DNA from: an uncultured Gammaproteobacteria bacterium
GTDB taxonomy: Bacteria; Pseudomonadota; Gammaproteobacteria; UBA9214
Length of the DNA stretch: 64,000 bases
Assembly: GCA_963748215.1 (NCBI GenBank)
Contig: CAVVHS010000007.1
Span: forward strand, 256,001-320,000
Reading direction: 5' to 3'
A model generated the notes under the pieces. The model ran no database searches, had not been told where the DNA came from, and was given only the letters and a program-made list of their open reading frames with translations. The stretch's first letter is position 1; each line of letters starts with the position of its first letter. The translations under genes were made by a program, and so were the position numbers. This document shows, piece by piece, positions 49,145-58,885 of this stretch.

Positions 49145-49663
49145 CTAGCCGCCCTCGAAGGCCGCTCGCTCGTCGCGGATGTGCCGCCCGCCGCTAACCA
49201 GCCAGTCCCCGTTTTGCCTGAGCAGGTCGATCTCCACACGGTGCACATCCATGAATTGTCCGTCGCCGCCGCGCGTGGCGCCCAGCGCCGTGCCGGTGAC
49301 GCCGACCGTGGCACGGTCGCCGTCGATGCGCACGTCCGGCGCCAGCAAGCTCAATTCCAGTGACAGGAGACGGCTGCGCGCCGCGGCGATTCTCCGGGTC
49401 AGTTCCTCGCGGCTGTCGATTTCGGTAATGCCGTAATGCAGTGTGGTCAGGTCGTAACGGGTGGTCGGTGTGAACAGCGCGCCGAGCTGCCGGGCGCGGC
49501 CGATTTGCGTGACGGCGTTTTCCGGGTCGCGGACCTCGGCCAGGGCACGCACCTGATCCAGCAGGTCGAGGATGCGCTGTTCCTCGCTGTCGCGCATCAG
49601 CAGCCAGGCGCCGCCCGCAACCAGGATGAGTGCCGGTAGCCACAGCAGAATTTTCTTCATCAT
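49145..49663 (-). CDS. membrane-anchored hypothetical protein, possibly NTF2/SnoaL-like
   Basis: MMKKILLWLPALILVAGGAWLL anchor; DGDRATV..NGDWLV pattern. Confidence 0.7.
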   Translation of the reverse strand: MMKKILLWLPALILVAGGAWLLMRDSEEQRILDLLDQVRALAEVRDPENAVTQIGRARQLGALFTPTTRYDLTTLHYGITEIDSREELTRRIAAARSRLLSLELSLLAPDVRIDGDRATVGVTGTALGATRGGDGQFMDVHRVEIDLLRQNGDWLVSGGRHIRDERAAFEGG

Positions 49664-50268
49664 GATGACAGCCCCTTGCTCTGGATCAGGGTCCATTGCA
49701 TGAGCTGGGTCACCAGGGCCTCGGCGGCGCCATGCTGGCCATGTTCGCGCAACCACTCCGCCGCCCAGCGGTGACCCCAGGCGCTGGCATTGCTCTCGCT
49801 CGGGTCCTGCGCCAGCTGGCGGGTATTGGCGAGGTACAGGAACAGGGCGCGCCCCAGCGCATGCACCGTGGCGGTCAGCCGGTCGGGGTAGCTCCAGCGG
49901 CACAGCCCGCGCGTGGTGTAGCGGTCCGGGATGCTGCGGCGCCGTATCGGGCGTGGCGGTATGCGTCCCCAGTGCATTTCCTCGGCAGGGTAGCCCGGGC
50001 CCTGCCAGACATTCACCTTGATGCGATACATGTGCTGCGGCAAGGGCGGATCGGCATCGGGACTGTTTTCACGCGGGGTCCAGCAAGTGCTGAGCGTGAG
50101 CGGCGGGCACTGGCTGGCGAGCTGTGGCTGGTGCTGGGCCCGCGTCATCGGGCTGAGGCGGACCCAGTCGAGCAGGTGAATGTCGTAGCCGGAAAGCTTG
50201 CCATGGACATAGGCAATAACATCGCTGGCGCCGGTCCGGTCGGTGACGACAAATGCCGGGTACTGCAT
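49660..50268 (-). CDS. hypothetical protein
   Basis: GAGG before ATG at 50268; stop overlaps start of the downstream gene. Confidence 0.6.
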   Translation of the reverse strand: MQYPAFVVTDRTGASDVIAYVHGKLSGYDIHLLDWVRLSPMTRAQHQPQLASQCPPLTLSTCWTPRENSPDADPPLPQHMYRIKVNVWQGPGYPAEEMHWGRIPPRPIRRRSIPDRYTTRGLCRWSYPDRLTATVHALGRALFLYLANTRQLAQDPSESNASAWGHRWAAEWLREHGQHGAAEALVTQLMQWTLIQSKGLSS

Positions 50269-50420
50269 ATCCAGACCTCGTGCTGCGCACGTGACGTGCA
50301 ATCAATGAGGGTGTCGGTTGCGACTGGCTGTTAGTTTAGTACTGAACGGCGGGCATGGGTAGGCGCGGATGGGGTCCTTGAAGGAATCAGCCGCGTGATT
50401 CGGATTTTCCCGTGTCCCTG

Positions 50421-50689
50421 GTGGGGCGTGAAAGGTGAAAGGTGAAAGGTGAGTAGTGAAACGTGAAACGTGAGACGTGAAAGGCGAATGGCAAACGGTA
50501 GGAGATAACCGCCGGTATCCCGTAAATCTTCCGCACCGCTCAAATAACGTTTCACGTCTCACCGTTTGGATGTAGGGTGCGTTCTACGCACCGGCAATGG
50601 TGCACGGAGTGCACCCTACATTCTTTCCGTGTTCTTCCGCGGATTCCATGGCCATTCTCCGTCTCACGTTTTACGTCTCACGTCTCACG
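50421..50689. repeat. composite modular repeat, locus D
   Basis: about 10 GTGARAS heptamers (50421-50497); REP doublet 50569-50620 is 50/52 identical to the reverse complement of 48901-48952; inverted AATGGCCA block and inverted heptamers follow. Confidence 0.85.
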
Positions 50690-50698
50690 ATACCTGCC

Positions 50699-51343
50699 TT
50701 ACGGTGCGCGCCGTTCGATCTGCCAGTCGCCGTCGTCCTGAAGGGTGTAGACGAAGCGGTCATGCAGGCGGCTGTCGCGCGCCTGCCAGAATTCGATGGA
50801 GTCCGGCGTTACCCGGTAGCCGCCCCAGAACGATGGAAGCGGCACCTCGCCACGGGCGAACTTGCGCTTCATCTCGTCGACCTTGGCATCCAGCAGCGAA
50901 CGCGACGAGATCACCTGGCTCTGTGGCGATGCCCAGGCCCCGATCTGACTGCCGCGCGGGCGCGAGGCAAAGTATTTCAGCGATTCGGCGGTCGGGATCC
51001 GCGCAGCCGTACCGCTGATCTTGACCTGCCTGCCGAGCGCTACCCACGGGAACAGCAGGGCCACCTTCGGATTGCCCTCGATCTGGCGCGCCTTGTCGCT
51101 TTCGTAATTGGTGAAGAACACGAATCCCTGCATGTCATAGACCTTCAGTAGCACGGTGCGCACCCAGGGCTGGCCATGCGCGTCGACCGTGGCGATGGTC
51201 ATGGCATTGGGTTCGGCGATACCGGAGTCGATTACCTGCTTGAACCACAGCTCGAACTGATGGAAAGGGTCGGGGTTCAGTTCGCTGCCTGACAGGCCGT
51301 GCTCCATCCACTGGTCGCGAAGATCATCGGGGTTTGCTGGCAT
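50699..51343 (-). CDS. pdxH: pyridoxamine 5'-phosphate oxidase
   Basis: EPNAMTIAT, RTVLLK, FFTNYES, SRPRGSQIGAWAS, FWGGY, EFWQ..SRLHDR. Confidence 0.97.
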   Translation of the reverse strand: MPANPDDLRDQWMEHGLSGSELNPDPFHQFELWFKQVIDSGIAEPNAMTIATVDAHGQPWVRTVLLKVYDMQGFVFFTNYESDKARQIEGNPKVALLFPWVALGRQVKISGTAARIPTAESLKYFASRPRGSQIGAWASPQSQVISSRSLLDAKVDEMKRKFARGEVPLPSFWGGYRVTPDSIEFWQARDSRLHDRFVYTLQDDGDWQIERRAP

Positions 51344-51462
51344 CGCGGATTCTCACTGTCTGTGCCCGGGAGGGTTAACGATATAGGGCCAGGGCCCGGG
51401 AATAAAGGGCGGCCGCCCCGTCCCGGCAGTCCGGCCATGCGGATTGGTAGTAATATCCCGCC

Positions 51463-51846
51463 ATGGACGATCTCGAGCGCGACCGCAAGATACAGGCCTG
51501 GCAGGAAAAGGCACGACGGGCCGGCAAGCGCCGCAAGCCGCGTAACCTGTACGTGATCACGCTTGATCCGGAGGTGCTGTGGATCCGGGAGTTCCGCCAG
51601 GAGAATCCAGGCTACATCGAAGGCATGCCGTGCGTGTACGTCGGTATGACCGTGCATGATCCGGGTGACCGCTTCGAGCAGCATATGCTCGGTTACCGCA
51701 GCAGCAAGTTCCCGCATCGCTATGGCATAGAACTGGCGCAGGAACTGATGGCAGGCTTTGACGGGGCAGGGCTCGATGACGCGGAACGGGAATCAGCGCT
51801 GGCCCGCTGGCTGCGCCGGCAGGGCTGCGCGGTGTGGCAGAACTGA
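51463..51846 (+). CDS. GIY-YIG-like small protein
   Basis: NLYVI ... VYVGMT ... RFEQH ... conserved-looking E (ERES), matching GIY-YIG spacing with an insertion. Confidence 0.65.
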   Translation: MDDLERDRKIQAWQEKARRAGKRRKPRNLYVITLDPEVLWIREFRQENPGYIEGMPCVYVGMTVHDPGDRFEQHMLGYRSSKFPHRYGIELAQELMAGFDGAGLDDAERESALARWLRRQGCAVWQN

Positions 51847-51905
51847 AGTTAACCAATCAACTCGCGCAGAGATGCGAGTGACATGCCTGGTCGTCAGGCC
51901 TGCTG

Positions 51906-52505
51906 CTAGCCGTTACCGTGCTGGCCGGCCAATGACTTTGATATCTGTTTCCACGCCTGGCGCAGCGCCTTGGGGATTTTTCTCGGTTTCGGCGGCTTCT
52001 GGCGGACTTCCCGGGACAGCACTACGTTGTCCGGCTGGCCCTTGGGGAACCTGGCGCCGTGCGTAAACAGGTGGATACCGGCGACGGCGGTGCCGGGTAC
52101 CAGCAGGCGCACTGCCTCGACCTGGCGCTGCAGGTAGTCGTCCGGGTTGGGGAACTTGTAGCTGCAGCGGTTGATTACCTGGGTCCACTGGTCGGTCTGC
52201 GCCCCGCCGAAGATCACTCCATGGAAGCGTTTCACGCCCACCACCAGCACGGCATCGGGCGACAGCAGCAGGTAGTCGATGGTGACCTCGCCGCCCATGC
52301 CGTCCGGCAGGTTTATGTTACGCAGGTTGCGTGCGCCGAGCCGCTTGATGGCGCGCGACAGCCGGCGTTCCTCGCGCCAGTTGAAGATCTGTTCGCGGAA
52401 CGAGAAGAGCAGTACTGCGATAACGGCAAGCGTACCCAGCACCAGGTACAGCTGGTTGATCGTCAGTGGTATCGATTGCAGCAGCTTGTGGAAAATATCC
52501 GGCAT
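51906..52505 (-). CDS. membrane-anchored NERD (nuclease-related domain) protein
   Basis: TM, then NINLP..TIDYLLL..VVGVKRFHG..WTQ..NP..Q. Confidence 0.8.
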   Translation of the reverse strand: MPDIFHKLLQSIPLTINQLYLVLGTLAVIAVLLFSFREQIFNWREERRLSRAIKRLGARNLRNINLPDGMGGEVTIDYLLLSPDAVLVVGVKRFHGVIFGGAQTDQWTQVINRCSYKFPNPDDYLQRQVEAVRLLVPGTAVAGIHLFTHGARFPKGQPDNVVLSREVRQKPPKPRKIPKALRQAWKQISKSLAGQHGNG

Positions 52506-52655
52506 TGAAACCCCGTTCACTGGTCGACGGGGCGTGATTATAGGGCAAGCGGGGGGCTGATGTTGAGGCTGTCTGCGGGCGGATGCATCCGGCTCGCGGG
52601 GCAGGTACAGGGGTGTTCGTTACCGCGGGACGCCGATCGCGCCGGTCAGGCTGCT

Positions 52656-53591
52656 TTACTTGCTGCTCAGGTATTGCGACGGGTTGACCTGCTTGCCGTC
52701 GCGCAGCACCTCGATATGCACGTGCGGTCCGGTGGAGCGCCCGGTCGAGCCCATCAGTGCAACCGGCTGGCCCTTGCGCACGGTATCGCCGGCTTCGACC
52801 AGCAACGCCTTGTTGTGACCGTAGCGTGTAACGATGCCGTTGCCGTGGTCGATTTCGACCAGGTTGCCGTAGCCGTTGCGTGTGCCGGACCAGATCACCA
52901 CGCCGTCACCCGTGGCGAGTACATCCGAACCTTCCTTGCCGGCGATATCGATACCCTTGTGCAGTTCCATTTCGCCGGTGAACGGATCGATGCGCTTGCC
53001 GAACTTTGAGGAGAGCAAGCCCTTGTCCACGGCACGGCCGGACGGCATGATGCGCTCGGTCAGATTGCGGTTCATGATCAGCTGTTCCAGCACATCCAGC
53101 TTCTGGGTGCGGTCGGCAACGGCCAGGTCGAGGTCGTCGAGCATCCCGAGAAAGTCCGGCACGGTGGTGGCCGTCAGCGCCGTGCTGTCATGCGGGCCGC
53201 CGACCGGGGGTGCGATAGTGAAGTCGAATTCGCTGGCATCGAGGTCGGCCTGGGTCACCAGACGGTCACCCAGTGCATCCAGGCGCATCAGCTGGGCCTG
53301 CATGCGGCCCAGTCGCACGGCCAGGGCATTGAGGTGATCGTGTGCGCTGGTCCGGTTCTGGTCGATCTGCGTCTGGTGCTCGCCCGTCAGCAGCCGCAGA
53401 TCGGCGACCTCGGTCAGCTGGCGACTCGCCTCGAGGCTAACGCCGAGGTGAAAGCCGCCGTAGAGAATGACGCCGAACAGCGCAAGCGCAGTGGCAGTGA
53501 GGATATACAGGGTGCGCCGCGGGTTGTACGCAAGACTGTGCACGCGCCCGTGGCGGCTGGTAAACAGGATAGTGTTCGTTGCCTGGTGCAT
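52656..53591 (-). CDS. M23 family metallopeptidase
   Basis: TM plus coiled coil; HKGID, GYGNLVEIDHG, RYGH, STGPHVH. Confidence 0.95.
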   Translation of the reverse strand: MHQATNTILFTSRHGRVHSLAYNPRRTLYILTATALALFGVILYGGFHLGVSLEASRQLTEVADLRLLTGEHQTQIDQNRTSAHDHLNALAVRLGRMQAQLMRLDALGDRLVTQADLDASEFDFTIAPPVGGPHDSTALTATTVPDFLGMLDDLDLAVADRTQKLDVLEQLIMNRNLTERIMPSGRAVDKGLLSSKFGKRIDPFTGEMELHKGIDIAGKEGSDVLATGDGVVIWSGTRNGYGNLVEIDHGNGIVTRYGHNKALLVEAGDTVRKGQPVALMGSTGRSTGPHVHIEVLRDGKQVNPSQYLSSK

Positions 53592-53972
53592 GGCGCTTAC
53601 CTGGTTGTTGTGCGGGCGCACGCGTCTCAACGAGCCCGGTCTCTGCGTTCGACCCGTGTCACCGGTGGGTCGGTTCCGCATATGCAGCAAAGGCTAGGGC
53701 GCAAAGGGGATAGGGTAAATAGTCCAAAAGTACAGGTATAAAACCAATGTCCATTAATAACAAAAGGATGTAGCACCTATCAAGAAACCATATGAGGCGG
53801 CTAACACCCGATCCGGGGGTCAGGATGGGGTTGCCGGGCGCATGGCGTGGTGCCTGGGACCCCGCCGCAAGGGGGGTGGATGGCCCGGGTCGTGGCCGCT
53901 TGTCACTGCAACTGACAGTCAGACGCGCGTTACGGTTTGTGGCGGCGCGGCGTTAGGCTAGAGTAGCCGGGT

Positions 53973-54638
53973 ATGGATATCCCCGCCGGCCTGTTACCAG
54001 GCAGTTACCTGTTGAGCGCGGCAGTACTGTATGTATCGCTGTTGCTGCTGGCCCTGCTGACGGCGCCGTGGACGAAGATCCGCGACAGCGAGGCACAGCA
54101 GGTCTATTTCGGCGCCATGGTCACGGTGCTCGTGCTGTGGATCATGCACGGTGGTATCCAGCCGGGGCTCGACTACCATCTGCTCGGCGTCACCGCGCTG
54201 ACCCTGTTGTTCGAATGGCAGTTCGCGCTGATCGCGGTCAGCGTGCTGCTGGCATTTACCACCTGGCAGGGTGCGGCCGGCTGGGAGGCCTTCGGGATCA
54301 ACGCACTGGTGATGGGCGTGGTGCCGATACTGTTTACACGCATGCTGCTGTATGTCTGCCAGCGCTGGCTGGCGCATAATTTTTTCATCTATATCTTCAT
54401 CAATGCCTTCCTGGCCGGCGCGGTGTCGATACTGCTGGCGGGGCTGGCCTCCGGCCTGGTCCAGCAACTGGCCGCCGTCCATCCCGGCAATACACTGGTG
54501 AGTAATTTCCTGATGATATTTCCGATGCTGATGTTCGGCGAAGGCTTTCTGAACGGTGCGGCGCTGTCGCTGGTGGTGGCCTACAAGCCGGCCTGGGTGG
54601 CGACCTTTCATGACCGCTGGTATCTGCAGGGGAAGTGA
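53973..54638 (+). CDS. ECF transporter S-component-like (CbiM-like) membrane protein
   Basis: multi-TM; HLLGVTALTL, FFIYIF..F, EGFLNG..YKPAWVATF. Confidence 0.8.
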   Translation: MDIPAGLLPGSYLLSAAVLYVSLLLLALLTAPWTKIRDSEAQQVYFGAMVTVLVLWIMHGGIQPGLDYHLLGVTALTLLFEWQFALIAVSVLLAFTTWQGAAGWEAFGINALVMGVVPILFTRMLLYVCQRWLAHNFFIYIFINAFLAGAVSILLAGLASGLVQQLAAVHPGNTLVSNFLMIFPMLMFGEGFLNGAALSLVVAYKPAWVATFHDRWYLQGK

Positions 54639-54710
54639 TGCGGCTCGGCTGGCGGGTCGGGAAGCGCGTTACAATACAGCCACCCTGAATCTGTCACCGG
54701 TAGCCGAACC

Positions 54711-56063
54711 ATGACCAGCAAACTTTCCGAGTCCGACGCAGTTGCGGAAAACCTTGATCCGGTTTTCATCAGCGAGCAACAGTTCGACCGTGCGGCCGCC
54801 TACGTCAGGGGCCTGAAGCGGGGGCTGATCGATTTCCTGAAAAAACCGAAGCGGGTGACCATCGTGAATTTCCCCATCGAGCTGGATGACGGATCGGTGC
54901 AGAGCTTCCTCGGTTTCCGCGTGGTGCACAACCGCGTGTTCGGTCCGGGCAAGGGCGGCATGCGCTATCACCCGGACGTCACCATGGAAGAGGTCATCTC
55001 GCTGGCCAAGCTGATGACCTGGAAGTGCGCGCTGGTCAACATCCCGTTCGGCGGCGCCAAGGGCGGCGTGGTATGCGACACCAAGACGCTGACCGAGGCC
55101 GAACAGCGCCGCATCACGCGCCGCTTCACATCGGAGCTGTTCGATGTCATCGGGCCGTACAAGGACATCCCGGCGCCGGACCTGTACACCAGCGAGCAGA
55201 CCATGGCGTGGATCTACGACACCTACGACGTGCTGCATCCCGGATTCAACAACCGCCCCGTGGTCACCGGCAAGCCGGTGGAGATGGGGGGTGCCTGCGG
55301 GCGTACCGAGGCCACTGGCATGGGCTGCGTATTCGCCACCCGGCGCTTTCTGTCCAAGGCGCTGTTGCCCGACCGGCAGGAGATCGCCGGTGCACGCGTG
55401 GCGATCCAGGGCTTCGGCGACGTCGGTGCGGTGGCCGCGCATACCTTTGGCCGCGAGGGCGCGCGCATCGTCGCCATCAGCGACAGTCAGGGCGGCATCT
55501 ACAGCGAGGACGGGCTGGAACCGGATGCCGTGGCGCGCTTCAAGGCGGAGCACGGCACGGTGGTCGGCATGGCGAACACGCTGACCATTACCAATGCGGA
55601 ATTGCTGGAACTGGACTGCGACATCCTGATGCCGGCGGCGCTGGGCAACCAGATCCATGGCGGCAATGCACACAACATCAAGGCACGGCTGGTGGTGGAG
55701 GGCGCCAACAATCCCACCACGCCTCAGGCAGACCGGATCCTCGGGGACAAGGGCATCTACGTACTGCCGGATATTCTCGCCAACGCCGGCGGCGTGACGG
55801 TTAGCTACTACGAATGGGTGCAGAACCAGGCCAACGAACAATGGAGTCAGGATGATGTCATGGCGAGGTTGAGTGAGCGTATGCATACCGCCGTCGACAC
55901 CGTGTTCAACCGCTGGCAGGCGTTCGTGGTCGGCGAGGAGAAGCCGGCCGGCCGGGTGTTGTCGGAGGCGCCGGTCGAAGTGCCGGATCTCCGCACCGTG
56001 GCGCTGATGATCGCCATCGAGCGCGTGACCCGCGCCACCCTTATTCGCGGCATCTGGCCGTAG
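54711..56063 (+). CDS. Glu/Leu/Phe/Val dehydrogenase (probable glutamate dehydrogenase)
   Basis: KGGMRYHP, MTWKCA, GGAKGG, DIPAPD, QGFGDVG, EGANNPT, ANAGGVTVSYYEW. Confidence 0.95.
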   Translation: MTSKLSESDAVAENLDPVFISEQQFDRAAAYVRGLKRGLIDFLKKPKRVTIVNFPIELDDGSVQSFLGFRVVHNRVFGPGKGGMRYHPDVTMEEVISLAKLMTWKCALVNIPFGGAKGGVVCDTKTLTEAEQRRITRRFTSELFDVIGPYKDIPAPDLYTSEQTMAWIYDTYDVLHPGFNNRPVVTGKPVEMGGACGRTEATGMGCVFATRRFLSKALLPDRQEIAGARVAIQGFGDVGAVAAHTFGREGARIVAISDSQGGIYSEDGLEPDAVARFKAEHGTVVGMANTLTITNAELLELDCDILMPAALGNQIHGGNAHNIKARLVVEGANNPTTPQADRILGDKGIYVLPDILANAGGVTVSYYEWVQNQANEQWSQDDVMARLSERMHTAVDTVFNRWQAFVVGEEKPAGRVLSEAPVEVPDLRTVALMIAIERVTRATLIRGIWP

Positions 56064-56077
56064 CGGTCGAGACCAGT

Positions 56078-56260
56078 CTCGCGCAGAGATGCGAAGCCGC
56101 ACCGGACAACGACATAATTCGCCACAGAGTACACAGAGCACACAGGGTATCAATTGTGCTGCTTCCGGATTCATTGTCCTGCAGGAGCGGCTATGCCGGG
56201 TGTAGGAGCGCTTCCCAAACGCGATCCGCTCCAGCGGCGTAGGCGCTACGCGCGCATGGA
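56078..56260. repeat. mixed repeat cluster (CGCAGAG/CACAGAG ~9-nt-period blocks plus GTAG REPs)
   Basis: CTCGCGCAGAGATGCGA (also at 51861), GCCACAGAGTACACAGAGCACACAG, TGTAGGAGCGCTTCCC. Confidence 0.6.
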
Positions 56261-56446
56261 ACGCGTGGGGCAGGGCGGCAAAGGAATTGGTCAGCGGCCG
56301 TGTCTTGAGCGTATGCATGCAAGGTAACGGGTGGGCAGGGTCCGCCAGAATAAGGCAATTCGCCATGACACCGGTGCCCGAACGCGTTACGGACAATTCC
56401 GCTAGAATATCCCCAGCATTCGAATAACCATTCGGAGGACCCGGAA

Positions 56447-57367
56447 ATGCGGACGCAGCTCTGCTGTTTTCTTTTGTGGGTACTGCCGGCCCTCGCGCAG
56501 GCCGTGCCGCCGGTGGCGGATATGCACCTGCACTACAAGTGGAGCCAGCGCGACGTGACCACGCCGGCCGACGCGCTCGCCGTGCTGGAAGACCAGAATA
56601 TCGTGCTGGGTGTGGTGATCGGTACACCGGCGGAACTGGCCCTGGAGCTGGTACGGCTTGACCCACGTCGCATCGTGTCGATCTACAGTCCCTACCGCAT
56701 CGGCGGCGACTGGCAACGCTGGGCGCGTGATCCAGGCGTCGTCACACGGGCGCGTGCGGCACTTGCGTCCGGCAACTATCACGGTATCGGCGAGCTGCAC
56801 CTGATCGGGGGGTTCGCGCCGAAGCTGGAAAGGGCGCAGGTGCTGCATGGCCTGTTGCAGCTCGCTGAAGAGTTCGACGTACCGATCATGCTGCACACCG
56901 AGTATTCACGGCCGGACCCGGTGCTGGCACTGTGCGCGCAATACCCCGGGGTCCGCATCATCTGGGCACATGCCGGAGCGATCCTCGCACCGGAACAGGT
57001 GGCGCGCGTGCTGGACGGCTGTGGCAATGTGCTTGCCGGGCTGGCCGCACGTGATCCGTGGCGATTCGTGAATAACCCGATCAGTGATACGCAGGGGCGG
57101 CTGTTGCCGGCCTGGCGGTCCGTATTGCTGCAGTACCCGGATCGTTTCATGGTCGGTTCCGACCCGGTGTGGCCGGTCGAGCAGCTCGATTCCTGGGACC
57201 GCGACGATACCGGCTGGCAGGAACTCGGACGCTTCTGGCAGTTTCACCGTGGCTGGCTGGAGCAATTGCCGGATGCTGTCGCACGGCGTATCGCCTGCAC
57301 GAACGCCGTGCAGCTGTTCGGACGTGAAGGGCAGGTATCATGCAACGATAAAACCCGGCATCGATAG
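56447..57367 (+). CDS. exported amidohydrolase-family (TIM-barrel) protein
   Basis: signal peptide; DMHLH, GIGELH, MLH, WAHAG, GSD. Confidence 0.88.
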   Translation: MRTQLCCFLLWVLPALAQAVPPVADMHLHYKWSQRDVTTPADALAVLEDQNIVLGVVIGTPAELALELVRLDPRRIVSIYSPYRIGGDWQRWARDPGVVTRARAALASGNYHGIGELHLIGGFAPKLERAQVLHGLLQLAEEFDVPIMLHTEYSRPDPVLALCAQYPGVRIIWAHAGAILAPEQVARVLDGCGNVLAGLAARDPWRFVNNPISDTQGRLLPAWRSVLLQYPDRFMVGSDPVWPVEQLDSWDRDDTGWQELGRFWQFHRGWLEQLPDAVARRIACTNAVQLFGREGQVSCNDKTRHR

Positions 57368-57456
57368 CGTGCCGGGCTGGCCGCGGCAGGGCCGCGGGGT
57401 TCGGTTACAATGGCCCGCAGCAATACGACTTCCAACAACAGCAACAGGAAACCAAC

Positions 57457-58068
57457 ATGAAAATAACGCTGATCAGCGGCAGTCATCGCGAAAAGGCGCA
57501 GACGCTCAAGGTGGCACGTCACATACAACGCACGCTGGATGACGGTATCTGCGAGCAGACCGCGCTGGTCAATCTCGCCGGCAATCCCTTGCCACTATGG
57601 GACACCGACGTTTGGGAGGGCAACGGGCAATGGCAGCAGCGGCTCGACCCGATCCGGGCGGAACTCGCGTCCAGTGACGGCTTCGTGGTGCTGGCACCGG
57701 AGTGGCACGGCCAGGTGCCCGCCGGTCTGAAGAACTTTTTCCTGCTGTTCGGCCAGAACGAGCTGGGCCATAAGCCGGCGTTGATCGTGACGGTCTCGTC
57801 CGGCGATGGCGGGGCCTATCCGGTTGCCGAGCTGCGTATGAGCAGTTACAAGAACTCCCGTATCTGTTACCTGCCCGAGCACGTTATCGTACGTCACGTG
57901 GAGTCAGTGCTGAACGAGGAGGCGAGCGAAAACAACGCGGGTGCCGACGAATATTTCCGTGCACGCATTGCCTGGGCGCTGGGTATCCTGAAGGAATATG
58001 CGGTGGCCCTGCGCCAGGTGCGCGCCAGCGGCGTCACCGCGACGGAGCAGTTCAAAAACGGAATGTAG
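57457..58068 (+). CDS. NADPH-dependent FMN reductase family protein
   Basis: ISGSHR, PEWHGQVPAGLKNFF, KPALIV. Confidence 0.9.
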   Translation: MKITLISGSHREKAQTLKVARHIQRTLDDGICEQTALVNLAGNPLPLWDTDVWEGNGQWQQRLDPIRAELASSDGFVVLAPEWHGQVPAGLKNFFLLFGQNELGHKPALIVTVSSGDGGAYPVAELRMSSYKNSRICYLPEHVIVRHVESVLNEEASENNAGADEYFRARIAWALGILKEYAVALRQVRASGVTATEQFKNGM

Positions 58069-58206
58069 AGGCGCCGACCCTGGATGCCGGTACGGACGCC
58101 GGCCGGACCGGTCGGACGGCTCTGACAGGGATGGCGCGCGGCGACATTCAGCCGCATAATCCTGCGCGCAGGATGGCCTGCACTGTCCGGTCCCGGCAAG
58201 CACAAC

Positions 58207-58857
58207 ATGTCCGACAACTCCCTATTGCACACCCTGGCCAGCGGATTGCCCGGGCCCGTTCCCGGGATCGTTGCCGCGCTCGCCGAACAGGGCTGGTGCG
58301 TGACACCCGGTTTTCTGGCCCCGGCGCTGGTCGACGTGCTGCGTTATGAGCTCGAGGCCTGCTGGCAGGCCGGCGGGTTTCGCCGCGCCGGCGTTGGTCG
58401 CGGTGCGCAGCTGCAGGTCAGGCCGGAGGTGCGCACCGACTGCGTGCACTGGCTGGATGCGCAGGCCTGCAGTCCGGCCCAGCGCCGTTACCTGGATGCA
58501 GTGGAGCGCCTGCGGCTGGCGATCAACGGTACCCTGTTTCTGGGCCTGTTCGATTTCGAGGCGCACCTGGCGGTCTACCCGGCCGGGACGTACTACCGCA
58601 GACACCTGGACCAGTTCGCCGGATTCGGCACGCGCTGCGTGACCTGCACGCTGTATCTCAATGCGGACTGGCAGGCGGGGGACGGCGGGCAGCTGCGCAT
58701 CTATACCGACCCGGATGAGCCAGGCCATGCTGAAGAGGTCCTGCCGTCGGGCGGGACCCTGGTGACGTTCCTCAGTGCGCGCTTCCTGCACGAGGTCCTG
58801 CCGGCGCGGCGCAGCCGCATGAGCATCACCGGCTGGTTCCGGACCCGAGAAACCTGA
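58207..58857 (+). CDS. 2OG-Fe(II) oxygenase (prolyl-4-hydroxylase/SM-20-like)
   Basis: YRRHLD (HxD), YLN..W..GGQL, HEV, RMSITGW. Confidence 0.92.
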   Translation: MSDNSLLHTLASGLPGPVPGIVAALAEQGWCVTPGFLAPALVDVLRYELEACWQAGGFRRAGVGRGAQLQVRPEVRTDCVHWLDAQACSPAQRRYLDAVERLRLAINGTLFLGLFDFEAHLAVYPAGTYYRRHLDQFAGFGTRCVTCTLYLNADWQAGDGGQLRIYTDPDEPGHAEEVLPSGGTLVTFLSARFLHEVLPARRSRMSITGWFRTRET

Positions 58858-58885
58858 TCTCGCGCAAAGGCGCCAGGAAATTTCC

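Noticed and set aside
624-52505. Anti-phage defence island from NYN, EEP, GIY-YIG and NERD nuclease folds
   Set aside because: These genes are scattered over 50 kb among housekeeping genes, with no clustering, partner ATPases or compositional shift
53760-53972. Cobalamin riboswitch upstream of the CbiM-like gene
   Set aside because: Only scattered fragments (CCCCGC, GTCACTG, AGTCAG); the conserved GGGAA..GGTG core and B12 box are not recognisable
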